Below, piece by piece: positions 1 to 9,050 of a stretch of 23,001 nucleotides of DNA (within the stretch, counting starts at the first letter, position 1; each line of letters starts with the position of its first letter). The position numbers were made by a program, and so were the translations under genes. The stretch spans positions 1 to 23,001 of the forward strand of contig JAEOTA010000038.1 of NCBI GenBank assembly GCA_016840085.1, given 5' to 3'. The notes under the pieces were generated by a model. That model was not told the DNA's origin, did not search any database, and worked only from the letters and a program-made list of their open reading frames with translations. This DNA is from Promethearchaeota archaeon. GTDB taxonomy: Archaea; Asgardarchaeota; Lokiarchaeia; Sigyniarchaeales; SOKP01.

Positions 1-278
1 CTTACCTATTATTTTACGGTACGTGAATGTCCCTTGATCTTGAAAGAAGTCTTAGATGAATTGTCTCTTTCCCCTCAAATGCTCCATAAAACTTCATATA
101 AATTACTGATTTGACTTAAGAAAATAAGAAAATAATGTCGGATTAAAATTTAAAGGTGATTGAAGATTTAAAAAAAGAAGGTAAATTAAAAATTATCGTT
201 TCAAACATAAAAATTATATTCTTATAAATTAAATAGTTAAACAAGAATATGTTATCTGAAATCCAAAAGAGGTAAACT

Positions 279-1235
279 ATGATAATTAATGTTCATGCTC
301 ATCTTGATTGTAAGGAATTGTATTCAAACAAATATTGGAATGCTGTCGCATATGGTTTAGCAAAAAGATTAGGAATGTCTCAAGAAGAAACTATGGAAAA
401 TATAATAAAACCATTCTATTCTTCTAAAAATTATCATGCTGAAGGTTTTGTAAAGGTTTTAGATGAAGTAAGGATAGATAAAGCTATAATTACAGCAATG
501 GATTTTGGTTTGTCAAAAGCAGGTGAACCTCAATGGACCATAGAATAAATTAATCAATGGATAGCAAGTCAAGCAGAAGAATTTTCTGATAGACTGATAT
601 CCCTTTGTGCTGTAGATCCCAGAAGAGGTGAGCGTGCTATTAAATTACTTGAAAAAGCTGTATTAGAATGGAACATGAAAGGTGTTAAATTACATCCCAC
701 AGTAGGATTCTATCCCGACAATCCTGACTTTTATCCATTTTATAAGAAGTAAGTAGAACTTGATATTCCCATTTTTTCTCATGTCGCTGCCTTAATTCCT
801 TCTTTAGTAGAATCTAAATATGCAGATCCTATGTATCTTGAAAGCGTAGCTACTAATTTTCCTGAGTTAAAAATCATCTTTATTCATTTTGGAGGATTAT
901 CTTGGACCAATAAATGTGTGGAACTTATGTGTTCAAGGGCAAATATTTATGCAGAAATATCATCTCATCAGATAAATGTACTAACGAATCCACAACAATG
1001 GTTAACTAATTTGAGAGGATTTCTTGACATTACTCCGATGTTTGGTGCACCGCTTAGTGATAGAATAATGTTTGGCTCTGATTGGCCATATCTTGAATAC
1101 ACGATGAAAGAAGAAGGATGGATCGAATGGGTTAAAAATATCCCTGAAGAGGGTAAAAAATATGGCTTGAAGTTTAGGAGAAAAGAAATAGATAAAATTC
1201 TTGGAGATAATGCACAAAATATTCTAAAACTTTAA
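279..1235 (+). pseudogene. Amidohydrolase family protein (Amidohydro_2/LigI-like), interrupted by two in-frame TAA stops
   Basis: ORFs 279..548 and 831..1235 are in the same frame. The intervening sequence reads INQWIASQAEEFSDRLISLCAVDPRRGERAIKLLEKAVLEWNMKGVKLHPTVGFYPDNPDFYPFYKK*VELDIPIFSH. Stops are at 546-548 and 750-752. Motifs: HAH, GVKLHP, IHFGG, IMFGSDWP. SD-like GAGGT lies upstream. Confidence 0.9.
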
Positions 1236-1322
1236 GAAGAGTCAGAAAGAGCATTAATTCAACATAAAAATCTTAAAACGACTAAAGCATAAATTTTAGT
1301 AATTTAACGGTTTAGTAAAAAT

Positions 1323-1352
1323 AAAAAAAAGCTGTGATAAAGTTATCACAGC
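1323..1352 (-). terminator. Perfect 10-bp inverted repeat followed by a U-tract on the minus strand
   Basis: GCTGTGATAA-AG-TTATCACAGC at 1331-1352, preceded on + by A8 (1323-1330). It lies between convergent genes. Confidence 0.5.
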
Positions 1353-1582
1353 AAAATCAAAAAATAAGAAAGATAGAATAATACATCCAATAAGATATCA
1401 AATAACATTTCGATTTAAATATTAAGATTTAGATTTCTAACAAGAAGTAGAAAAAAGATTATATTTTATTTGTATTTTAAAAGTAAGATTTTGATCGTTT
1501 AAAAAGAAGGCTATTTCACAAGGGATTATATTGTTGAAGAATTAATCCATAAATTATCTTAAATTTCTCTGAGTAATTTTTT

Positions 1583-2095
1583 TTAATTCAATAATTCATT
1601 TATTAGATTGCATATTTCCTGTGGATTTCTTGTAGAGAAAACAAATGGTCTACCATTTTGAAAGGTTAGTTTTACAGCCTCTCCGAAATCTGTGTTATAA
1701 GCCCATGAACCATCTGATCCGAATCGAATTCCTACTCCCCCATATTTTCTAAAATTTGCTTTAGTTATTTCACATCCGGTTATTTTTTTTATGTGAATTT
1801 TTCTATGGTTAAAAATTCCATATTCTACATCAAGTTGATTTTTGGTTATGGTAATTTTTAATCTTCTATAGTTCCAATATACAAGAAGAATAAATAGACT
1901 AAAAGCACCGAATATAATACCTATGAACGCCAATTCTTTGGGGTTGAACGCAGTAATTATAATACCGAGAGAAAAAATTAATAAACATACAAATAACACC
2001 ATAACTTTTACAAATTTTCCCGTGGGAATCCATTCTCTATATAATAATTCTTCATTTTTTTGGATATCATTTTCATTACTTATTTTAATCACCAA
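1583..2095 (-). CDS. Membrane protein with two TM helices and a C-terminal bacterial PH-like domain (DUF3093/DUF6141-like)
   Basis: Two hydrophobic helices followed by the YGGVGIR...AYN...GEAVKL...FVFSTRNP pattern typical of these families. Confidence 0.7.
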   Translation of the reverse strand: MVIKISNENDIQKNEELLYREWIPTGKFVKVMVLFVCLLIFSLGIIITAFNPKELAFIGIIFGAFSLFILLVYWNYRRLKITITKNQLDVEYGIFNHRKIHIKKITGCEITKANFRKYGGVGIRFGSDGSWAYNTDFGEAVKLTFQNGRPFVFSTRNPQEICNLINELLN

Positions 2096-2239
2096 TTTAA
2101 GCTTGCTTCTTTCACCATAGTAACCATAACCATACGATTTAATAAATTTTTTGATTATTAAATGTATTAATTCTTTTGTTATTCCCTTTTTTACAAAGTG
2201 GAAATATTATTAGGTACTTCTATGTTCCTTTTCATTATT

Positions 2240-2419
2240 ATGAAACAAAAAATTATTTTTGGTATACCATTTGTCTTAGGGATAATATTTGCGTTAATAG
2301 CGACCTTTATTATGTTATTCGCCGGTGATGAGTTTTTACCCTTGTCAATAACGTTTCTCATAGTTGGAATAGTTTTAATTTCTGCATCCCCAGTTCTTAC
2401 AAAACGCTTGAAATCCTAA
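2240..2419 (+). CDS. Small two-TM membrane protein
   Basis: In-frame ATG at 2240 gives MKQKIIFG..., two hydrophobic stretches and a basic tail (KRLKS). The ORF track start at GTG 2198 is less likely. Confidence 0.6.
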   Translation: MKQKIIFGIPFVLGIIFALIATFIMLFAGDEFLPLSITFLIVGIVLISASPVLTKRLKS

Positions 2420-2500
2420 TCAATGTTATATTTTTAAGATCTCCATTATAACAAAGGTATAGTTTTTAATACGGGATAAATTATTTTAAGACATTCTAAA

Positions 2501-4975
2501 ATGATAATAAAGATAATTAAGATGAATGAAAGTTCAAAAATTAAGTTCGAAGACATTATAGTTAAGATATCAGATGATATTCAAGCACCAGATTTTAGTG
2601 ATCTTTTTACTGAAAAAAGATTATATACTTTTTTAGTAGGAGCAGGAATTTCGATGGATCCACCCTCCTCTGTTCCTTCTGCGAGGATGTTTGTGAATGA
2701 ATTATTAAAGTACTATGCGCCTGAAGAGGAAATACAAAATCTCTCTGAATTAAAATCTATGAGATATGAATTTTTGGTAGAAAAAATCCAAAATCTATTC
2801 GATAAGGAATTAACGTTCTTAGATTATCTAGATGAAGCAAAAGAGCCAAATGCTATTCATATTTTCTTGGCAAATATGATAATGCGGTATAATTATGTAG
2901 TTACGACAAATTTTGATTATCTCATTGAAATGGCGCTGAAGAAAAATCTCGATGGATATCCTGCGTTTCATAGTCATCATAAAAAAGTTATGGTTATCAT
3001 AACAAAAGAAGATTATCAAAAGAAGGTCTCTTTCCAATTCCCAATCATAAAAATTCATGGTTCTAAATATGATGCGATAAAGGGAAGATCAACAAAGGAT
3101 TCTTTAGTCACTACCATAAGTGCTCTTGGACGGGAAAGGGAAAAGGGTGAAACTTTTGCTATTGAACCATACAAAAAACCATTAATCAATGAAGTAATGA
3201 ATGGAAGAGATTTAGTTATAATGGGTTATTCTGGTAGTGATGATTTTGATATCAGTCCAATGTTAAAAGAATTACGCAATATGAAGAGAGTAATATGGAT
3301 AGATCACGACCAAAATATAGTCACAGGTAAAGAAGAAATTTACAAATATAAACCCATAAAAAATATCTCAAAAATATCATCTAGTTTAGACTTGTCTAAT
3401 TTAGATAAAATGCTGGTGGAGATTGCTTCGAGCAGAAATCTTGAAGTTTATAAGATTAGAGCAAAAACTATAGACTTTGTAAAGGATCAATTAGCCCCGA
3501 TATATAGAGAATCATTTGAATTCCTAAAAAAAGATACTCAGGACAAAATTTTAACTTTTAGCGAATATATGAAGGAAATCCATATTGAAGCTCCGATGTC
3601 TCAAAAATATAAGCTAGCTCATGAAATTTTTTATAATTTAGGTGATATAGAATCAGCGGAAAGGACAGCAGCGCAAGGACTGACGTTTTCGAAACAAGAA
3701 AATGATGAGCCAAATGTAAATTATTTTACGAATGCATTGGGATTAATTAATTTTTCGAAAGGAAATTATGATGAAGCACTTGAAAAATTTGAAGAGAGCC
3801 TTGATTTAACTGAAAAATTAAACCAAATTAACGAAAAAATGGGAATTTTGCTAAATTTGGGGGTACTCTATAGAGAGAAAGGTGACCTAAAAAACGCTTT
3901 CAAATATATCTCAGAAGCTTTAAATTTAATGACCGATGATACTCCGAATTTGATAAAATTTTCTGTCTTTAACTCTCTTGGAGTGGTATATAGAGATAAT
4001 GGGGATATTGTGAATGCAGTAAAAAGTATTGAATCTGCTCTTGAGGTTGCAGAAAAAACAGGAGATTTATTTAGAAAAGCATTATGTTACAATAATCTTG
4101 CGGGGATAAGGCTTTCTCAAGGGTTATTAGAGCCAGCATTAAAATTCTCTTCAGAAGCTCTTAAAATCGATGAGCAATTGGGAGATTTAGATGATATGTG
4201 CTCTACACTAAATACTATTGGAAACATTTATAAAATCGCAGGACATTACAATCAAGCTTTACTATACCTAGAGAGAGCATATCAAACGGCAATAAAAATC
4301 CAGAACCTAAATGATAAAGCTCTAGCAGCAAATTCAATTGGAGTGATTTATTATCAAATCGGAAAGCTTAATTTAGCTTCAGAGAAATATAATGAGGCAC
4401 TTACTATAAGAAAAGATATGGGGGATTTATCTGGTCAAGCAACATGTTTAAATAACATTGGGATGCTATATCGCATAAAAAGGGATTATAATACGGCTTT
4501 TGAATATTTTAACCAATCTATAGCACTCACTGAAAAGATTGGAGAGAAAACAAATTTAGGTGTACGCTATGGAAATAGAGCTTCAATCCACGAGGTTAGG
4601 CGTGAATTTGAAAACGCACTTGAAGAATATAAGAAAGCACTGAGTATTGAACAATCACTCGGGAATTTAATGGGCGCAGCAAATCAACTTACTAATATTG
4701 GAGGAATATTAGGGGATTTAGGAAGATATGAAGAAACAATAAAAAATTATGAAAAAGCGTTGAATATCATGGAGAATTTAGGGAATAAACCTGGTATTGC
4801 CCAAGCACTCAATAATCTGGGTGCGATTTATTATAAATACAAGAAAGATTACGAGAAATCCGTTAATTTTTTACAACGAGCAGTCGATATATACAATGAA
4901 TTAAATATGTCCCAAATGGCAATGTCAACAAAGCAAAATTTAGATTTTATCAAAAATCAATTTGAAGCAAAATAA
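2501..4975 (+). CDS. SIR2-like (SIR2_2) domain fused to a long TPR array
   Basis: SIR2 motifs FLVGAGIS, VVTTNFD, IIKIHGS and LVIMGYS. The C-terminal ~450 aa consist of roughly 11 TPR units with ~40-aa period (e.g. LNNIGMLYRIKRDYNTAFEYFNQSI). The start may be one of the downstream ATGs (2522). Confidence 0.9.
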   Translation: MIIKIIKMNESSKIKFEDIIVKISDDIQAPDFSDLFTEKRLYTFLVGAGISMDPPSSVPSARMFVNELLKYYAPEEEIQNLSELKSMRYEFLVEKIQNLFDKELTFLDYLDEAKEPNAIHIFLANMIMRYNYVVTTNFDYLIEMALKKNLDGYPAFHSHHKKVMVIITKEDYQKKVSFQFPIIKIHGSKYDAIKGRSTKDSLVTTISALGREREKGETFAIEPYKKPLINEVMNGRDLVIMGYSGSDDFDISPMLKELRNMKRVIWIDHDQNIVTGKEEIYKYKPIKNISKISSSLDLSNLDKMLVEIASSRNLEVYKIRAKTIDFVKDQLAPIYRESFEFLKKDTQDKILTFSEYMKEIHIEAPMSQKYKLAHEIFYNLGDIESAERTAAQGLTFSKQENDEPNVNYFTNALGLINFSKGNYDEALEKFEESLDLTEKLNQINEKMGILLNLGVLYREKGDLKNAFKYISEALNLMTDDTPNLIKFSVFNSLGVVYRDNGDIVNAVKSIESALEVAEKTGDLFRKALCYNNLAGIRLSQGLLEPALKFSSEALKIDEQLGDLDDMCSTLNTIGNIYKIAGHYNQALLYLERAYQTAIKIQNLNDKALAANSIGVIYYQIGKLNLASEKYNEALTIRKDMGDLSGQATCLNNIGMLYRIKRDYNTAFEYFNQSIALTEKIGEKTNLGVRYGNRASIHEVRREFENALEEYKKALSIEQSLGNLMGAANQLTNIGGILGDLGRYEETIKNYEKALNIMENLGNKPGIAQALNNLGAIYYKYKKDYEKSVNFLQRAVDIYNELNMSQMAMSTKQNLDFIKNQFEAK

Positions 4976-5006
4976 ATATCAAAAATCTCAAAACTGAAGA
5001 TTCTAT

Positions 5007-5600
5007 TTGAAGATGTATGTCAAAGTAAAGAACAAAAAGATCGAAGTTAAAAATGCACAGTTGTACTTAGGCAATATGCAAATTAGAAATATTGATCAAA
5101 TTACTGGATTAGATGCTTTAAGAGAATTGAACGTTTTCAATCTCTTCAATAACCAAATATCTATCATCAAAAATTTAGATTCCTTAATTAATTTGGAAAA
5201 ATTGAATCTTTATGGTAATGCTATAGAAGAAATCACTGGTTTTGACAATTTAAAAAATCTGAAAACTCTTTATCTATCTGACAATCATATAAAGAAAATT
5301 AAAGGGCTTAATCATTTGAAAAAATTAGAAGTTTTATCATTAGAAGATAATTCTATAAAGAAAATAGAAAATCTAAACCATCTAAGAAATTTACGGGAGT
5401 TAAACCTTTTTGGAAACTCAATTTCCGACTTAGAAGGGTTAGAAAGTCTCGATAAATTACAAATGCTAAGAATTGGACAGAATCCAATACCTGATGAGAT
5501 ATTCAAACAAACTGGCGGAATTGACAATTACGGATACGCAATAGATCCTCAAGAATGGGTAAACTATTGTAGAATTAACGAGTCTATAAATAATGGCTAA
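5007..5600 (+). CDS. Leucine-rich repeat protein (SDS22-like 22-aa repeats)
   Basis: About 6 repeats of LxxLxLxxNxIxxIxxLxxL (e.g. LKTLYLSDNHIKKIKGLNHL). The start may be ATG 5013. Confidence 0.92.
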   Translation: MKMYVKVKNKKIEVKNAQLYLGNMQIRNIDQITGLDALRELNVFNLFNNQISIIKNLDSLINLEKLNLYGNAIEEITGFDNLKNLKTLYLSDNHIKKIKGLNHLKKLEVLSLEDNSIKKIENLNHLRNLRELNLFGNSISDLEGLESLDKLQMLRIGQNPIPDEIFKQTGGIDNYGYAIDPQEWVNYCRINESINNG

Positions 5601-5709
5601 AATTAAGCTAATTTCTGTAAATTCATGTATTTACATATTTAAATCATTAACAATTTTAAAATTAAAAAAATAAATAAGAAAAGAAAATTAGATTTTATGG
5701 ATAATTACG

Positions 5710-6882
5710 GTGTTTAATGAAAAAACTTGCCAACGGTGTGGTACGTGCCTTGAGCAATGCCCATTTTTGCAATTACCTATAGAAGATGCTAAAAATGAAA
5801 TTTCTATAATGATTGAGACAAGAAATACACGATCGATACTCAGAAATTGTGCAGGGTGTGGTTACTGCAGTATTGTTTGTCCAACAGTGTCAAATCCACA
5901 TGAACTCATAAAAGAAATACGATTAAGATATACTCGTGAGAAAGGTGTGAGAAGTTTATCACTCATAACTGAGGAGATTCCTTATAATTTAATGTCAATA
6001 AGCTTAGAAAATAATAGGGAGGAAAAGCTACTAGAATTAAATAAATACGAAAATCCCCCAAAAAGCAAGGCAATGTATTATGTGGGCTGTGCAATTCCCT
6101 ATTATTTTCAAGATCTGGCCAAAACTAAATTATTGGAGGATTTACCCTTATTAGGGGGAATGAAGTATTGTTGCGGGGGGTATGTTCATTCAAGGTTTGG
6201 TGAAAATGAAGCGAGAATAAAAGGCTTAGAATTATATGAAAAATTTAAGAAATTAGGGGTAGAAAAACTCATCACCTTCTGTCCTGAATGTGATAACATG
6301 ATTAAAGGTGTGTATCCTTCGATTATCGAAGAATTTGATGTGGAAGGCCAAAATTTCATTGATTACTTTATTGAAAAGTACCATAAGGGTGAGTTAAAAA
6401 TCAAAAACAAAATCAATCAAAGAATTACATTTCAAGATCCCTGTCCTTGGAGAAATTTAGACAAGAAAATCTACAATGGTCCTAGGGAATTTCTTGAAAT
6501 TATTGGTGCAGAAGTTGTAGAAATGAAACACAATAGGGAAAACTCTCTATGTTGTGGAGCTCCTCTTGCAATGTCAAATAGAAATTTAGCAACAAAAATC
6601 GCTAAAGAGAGAATATCTGAAGCAGAAAGTGTAAATACTGATGTCATTGCTTTTATGTGTACGGGTTGCCTTACAACCTTATCTAGATATGCCACTGAAC
6701 GGAATATTAAATCGTATTATGCCACTGAATTAGCCCAAATGGCAATAGGGGAATCACCGGAATTTAAAATCCTTGAAAATGCAAAAATGCTTCAAAAACA
6801 AGTCATTAAAACAATTAGCGAGAATCCAAATATACTAACGGAAAGATTCATAATAAAAAATGGAAAAGTAAGTCGTTTATAA
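5710..6882 (+). CDS. (Fe-S)-binding oxidoreductase, HdrD/GlpC-like (4Fe-4S dicluster plus two CCG domains)
   Basis: CQRCGTCLEQCP and CAGCGYCSIVCP ferredoxin motifs. CCG domains: YVGC..YCCGG..FCPEC and FQDPC..LCCGA..MCTGC. Confidence 0.9.
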   Translation: MFNEKTCQRCGTCLEQCPFLQLPIEDAKNEISIMIETRNTRSILRNCAGCGYCSIVCPTVSNPHELIKEIRLRYTREKGVRSLSLITEEIPYNLMSISLENNREEKLLELNKYENPPKSKAMYYVGCAIPYYFQDLAKTKLLEDLPLLGGMKYCCGGYVHSRFGENEARIKGLELYEKFKKLGVEKLITFCPECDNMIKGVYPSIIEEFDVEGQNFIDYFIEKYHKGELKIKNKINQRITFQDPCPWRNLDKKIYNGPREFLEIIGAEVVEMKHNRENSLCCGAPLAMSNRNLATKIAKERISEAESVNTDVIAFMCTGCLTTLSRYATERNIKSYYATELAQMAIGESPEFKILENAKMLQKQVIKTISENPNILTERFIIKNGKVSRL

Positions 6883-6900
6883 TTTATAATCCAATATCTC

Positions 6901-6910
6901 CTTTTTTTTT
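6901..6910 (+). terminator. Oligo-T archaeal terminator candidate
   Basis: T9 run about 20 nt after the stop of 5710..6882. Confidence 0.4.
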
Positions 6911-7211
6911 ATATAAATTCGGTTATTTTATGTAATTAATCCTATTAATTTGTTTTTAAATATTTAAAATAAAAATCTACTTCAGTTTAAAATAATTTGA
7001 TGAATATATTTGTTTTTAGAGTAAAGAAAGACTCTAAGCCTCATTTTAAATTTAATAATTGTTATAAATCTTAAAAAAAAGTATAGTTTTGAATGAAAAA
7101 AAGTATTCGTATGAGTAGTATAATTCGTTCTTGATTAAAGGTTTCAAGCTCTATATGGGTTATATTATTTAAATAAAAATTTATATGTGATACTATTTTT
7201 TTTAACAAACC

Positions 7212-8228
7212 ATGCTTTTAATATCAATTCCTTTTCTAATAGTAGGGTTTATTGGCTTATATTTTGGCGCTAAATTTGTGATAATAGGACTTGAAAGTAT
7301 TGCAGATCGCTTACATATTAGTCATATAATGGTGGGGTTGACAATATTATCGATAGGGACTAGTTTACCAGAGATTGCGATAAGTATAATGGGTGGTCTT
7401 GATAAGATTTTGGGCATTGATCCTAACATTGATGGAATAGTAATTGGAAATAAGATTGGATCGTTTTTGACTCAAATTACGTTAATCATAGGAATTTTAG
7501 CGGTAAGCCAACCAATTTTCATTAGCAAGTGGGAATTGAGGAGAGAAGGTCCTATGCTCGTTATTTCTGTATTGATTTTTCTTTTTTTCTCCTTAGATGG
7601 TGTTCTTACTCAATTTGAGGCACTCTTGATGATAATAATATATTTTATTTATCTCTCATTAGTAATTTGGAGTGAAAGACGTTTATTAAAGATGAAATCA
7701 GACCTTAAAGTTCTAGAAAAAGAACGTTTAGATTCCGTAAGTTTTGAACCAGTTAAGAGTCCTCATAAAACCTCATCAACCTCTAAAGATATTGGTATTT
7801 TTTTACTGGGTCTTTTAATACTATTATTCGCAGCAGAACTCACATTATTATCAGCACATGATTTATCAAAAGAATTTCATATTCCTGAAAATGTAATTGG
7901 AATCTTAATAGTTGGATTTGGTACAAGTTTACCAGAATTAGTTGCTGATTTAACCGCAATAAGGAGAGAATCCTATGGAATCGCTGTAGGAGATATATTA
8001 GGTTCTAATATATGTGATATCTTATTAGCTACAGGGTCAGGAGCAATCATAATTAATTTTAATGTTCCGAGAATAATTCTGGTTTTTGATATACCGGTTC
8101 TATTTCTGGCGTTAATTATCGCGCTTTATTTCTTATGGAGTCAAAAAACCTTAAAAAGATGGGAAGGAATACTATTAATTAGTTTTTATGGCGTGTATGC
8201 GATGTTTAAAATATTCTTGTTTCACTAA
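7212..8228 (+). CDS. Calcium/sodium antiporter (CaCA family, YrbG-like)
   Basis: Two alpha-repeats, GTSLPE...IGNKIGS and GTSLPE...VGDILGSN, with about 10 TM segments. Confidence 0.93.
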   Translation: MLLISIPFLIVGFIGLYFGAKFVIIGLESIADRLHISHIMVGLTILSIGTSLPEIAISIMGGLDKILGIDPNIDGIVIGNKIGSFLTQITLIIGILAVSQPIFISKWELRREGPMLVISVLIFLFFSLDGVLTQFEALLMIIIYFIYLSLVIWSERRLLKMKSDLKVLEKERLDSVSFEPVKSPHKTSSTSKDIGIFLLGLLILLFAAELTLLSAHDLSKEFHIPENVIGILIVGFGTSLPELVADLTAIRRESYGIAVGDILGSNICDILLATGSGAIIINFNVPRIILVFDIPVLFLALIIALYFLWSQKTLKRWEGILLISFYGVYAMFKIFLFH

Positions 8229-8326
8229 CTTTTTTTAGCTATTAAAATCTAGTTTTTATCATCGAGTTCCTTCTAAATATAAAAAAAAAATAGATTTAAA
8301 GATATTTTTAAAATTTTTTAGTGGGT

Positions 8327-8653
8327 TTATTCTGGCATTTGAAGCCCGATCATTGGCATTGCCTCTACTCCCGCCATGAAGACTTCAATTTCATATTTGA
8401 GACCTTTGACGAGATTTCCAAACATGAGCATCCGTCTATATACTAAATCCAAAGTTTCTTGAAGTTTCCCTCCTTTAACCTCGTCTATGGCAAGACCCTT
8501 AAAACCTTTCTTAGTTGCTTTAACGCAAGCAGACAAAATCGGTTTATATAAAGATCTATCTGCTGGATACTTTTTCATTACTTCAAGATACGCCTTGCCA
8601 ACTTCTTCGGATACACTATGAGGCCACTGAGTGTGAATTACAACTATAGGCAT
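8327..8653 (-). CDS. Hypothetical small soluble protein (possibly ferredoxin-like fold)
   Basis: 108-aa ORF with normal composition and a strong SD (GGAGGT) 7 nt upstream of the ATG. Confidence 0.75.
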   Translation of the reverse strand: MPIVVIHTQWPHSVSEEVGKAYLEVMKKYPADRSLYKPILSACVKATKKGFKGLAIDEVKGGKLQETLDLVYRRMLMFGNLVKGLKYEIEVFMAGVEAMPMIGLQMPE

Positions 8654-9050
8654 ATTTTTTACCTCCTCTCTTTATTTTTAATATAGATAATTCAATTTAG
8701 AAGAGAATTCCCCTTCCTTTTTAATTCAATTTTATTAAAAATGAAAATTTTTTGGAATTATACGTGAGTTTCAATAAGACTAATTTTAATTTAAATCTTT
8801 TCTCTCTTTATTCAAATAGCGAATTTATCGCTAATCTAACATATCAAATATTATATGAAATGCATTGTTTATTGAAAAATCTGTGGAATTACTCTAATTA
8901 TAAGACACAAACTTTCCATTATATTTGAAATAAGAAAATTATTTTAATTAACCAATGCTCCTGAGTAGCAATTTGTATTGATTAGAATAAAAAGTAGGTA
9001 ATTTTGTTTTTATTTTAGATGCTTGAATTCATTGATAATTCAGACAATTT

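Noticed and set aside
1-114. Possible 3' end of a gene at the window start (LTYYFTVREC...YKLLI*)
   Set aside because: Too short, with no motif, and the strand and frame cannot be decided.
546-752. Genetic-code reassignment of TAA
   Set aside because: Most other genes in the window end properly at TAA, and no other gene has internal stops.
1002-6695. Short ORFs 1002..1217(-), 1923..2120(+), 2828..3058(-), 5312..5527(-), 6471..6695(-)
   Set aside because: All lie antisense to well-supported genes and have no recognisable motifs.
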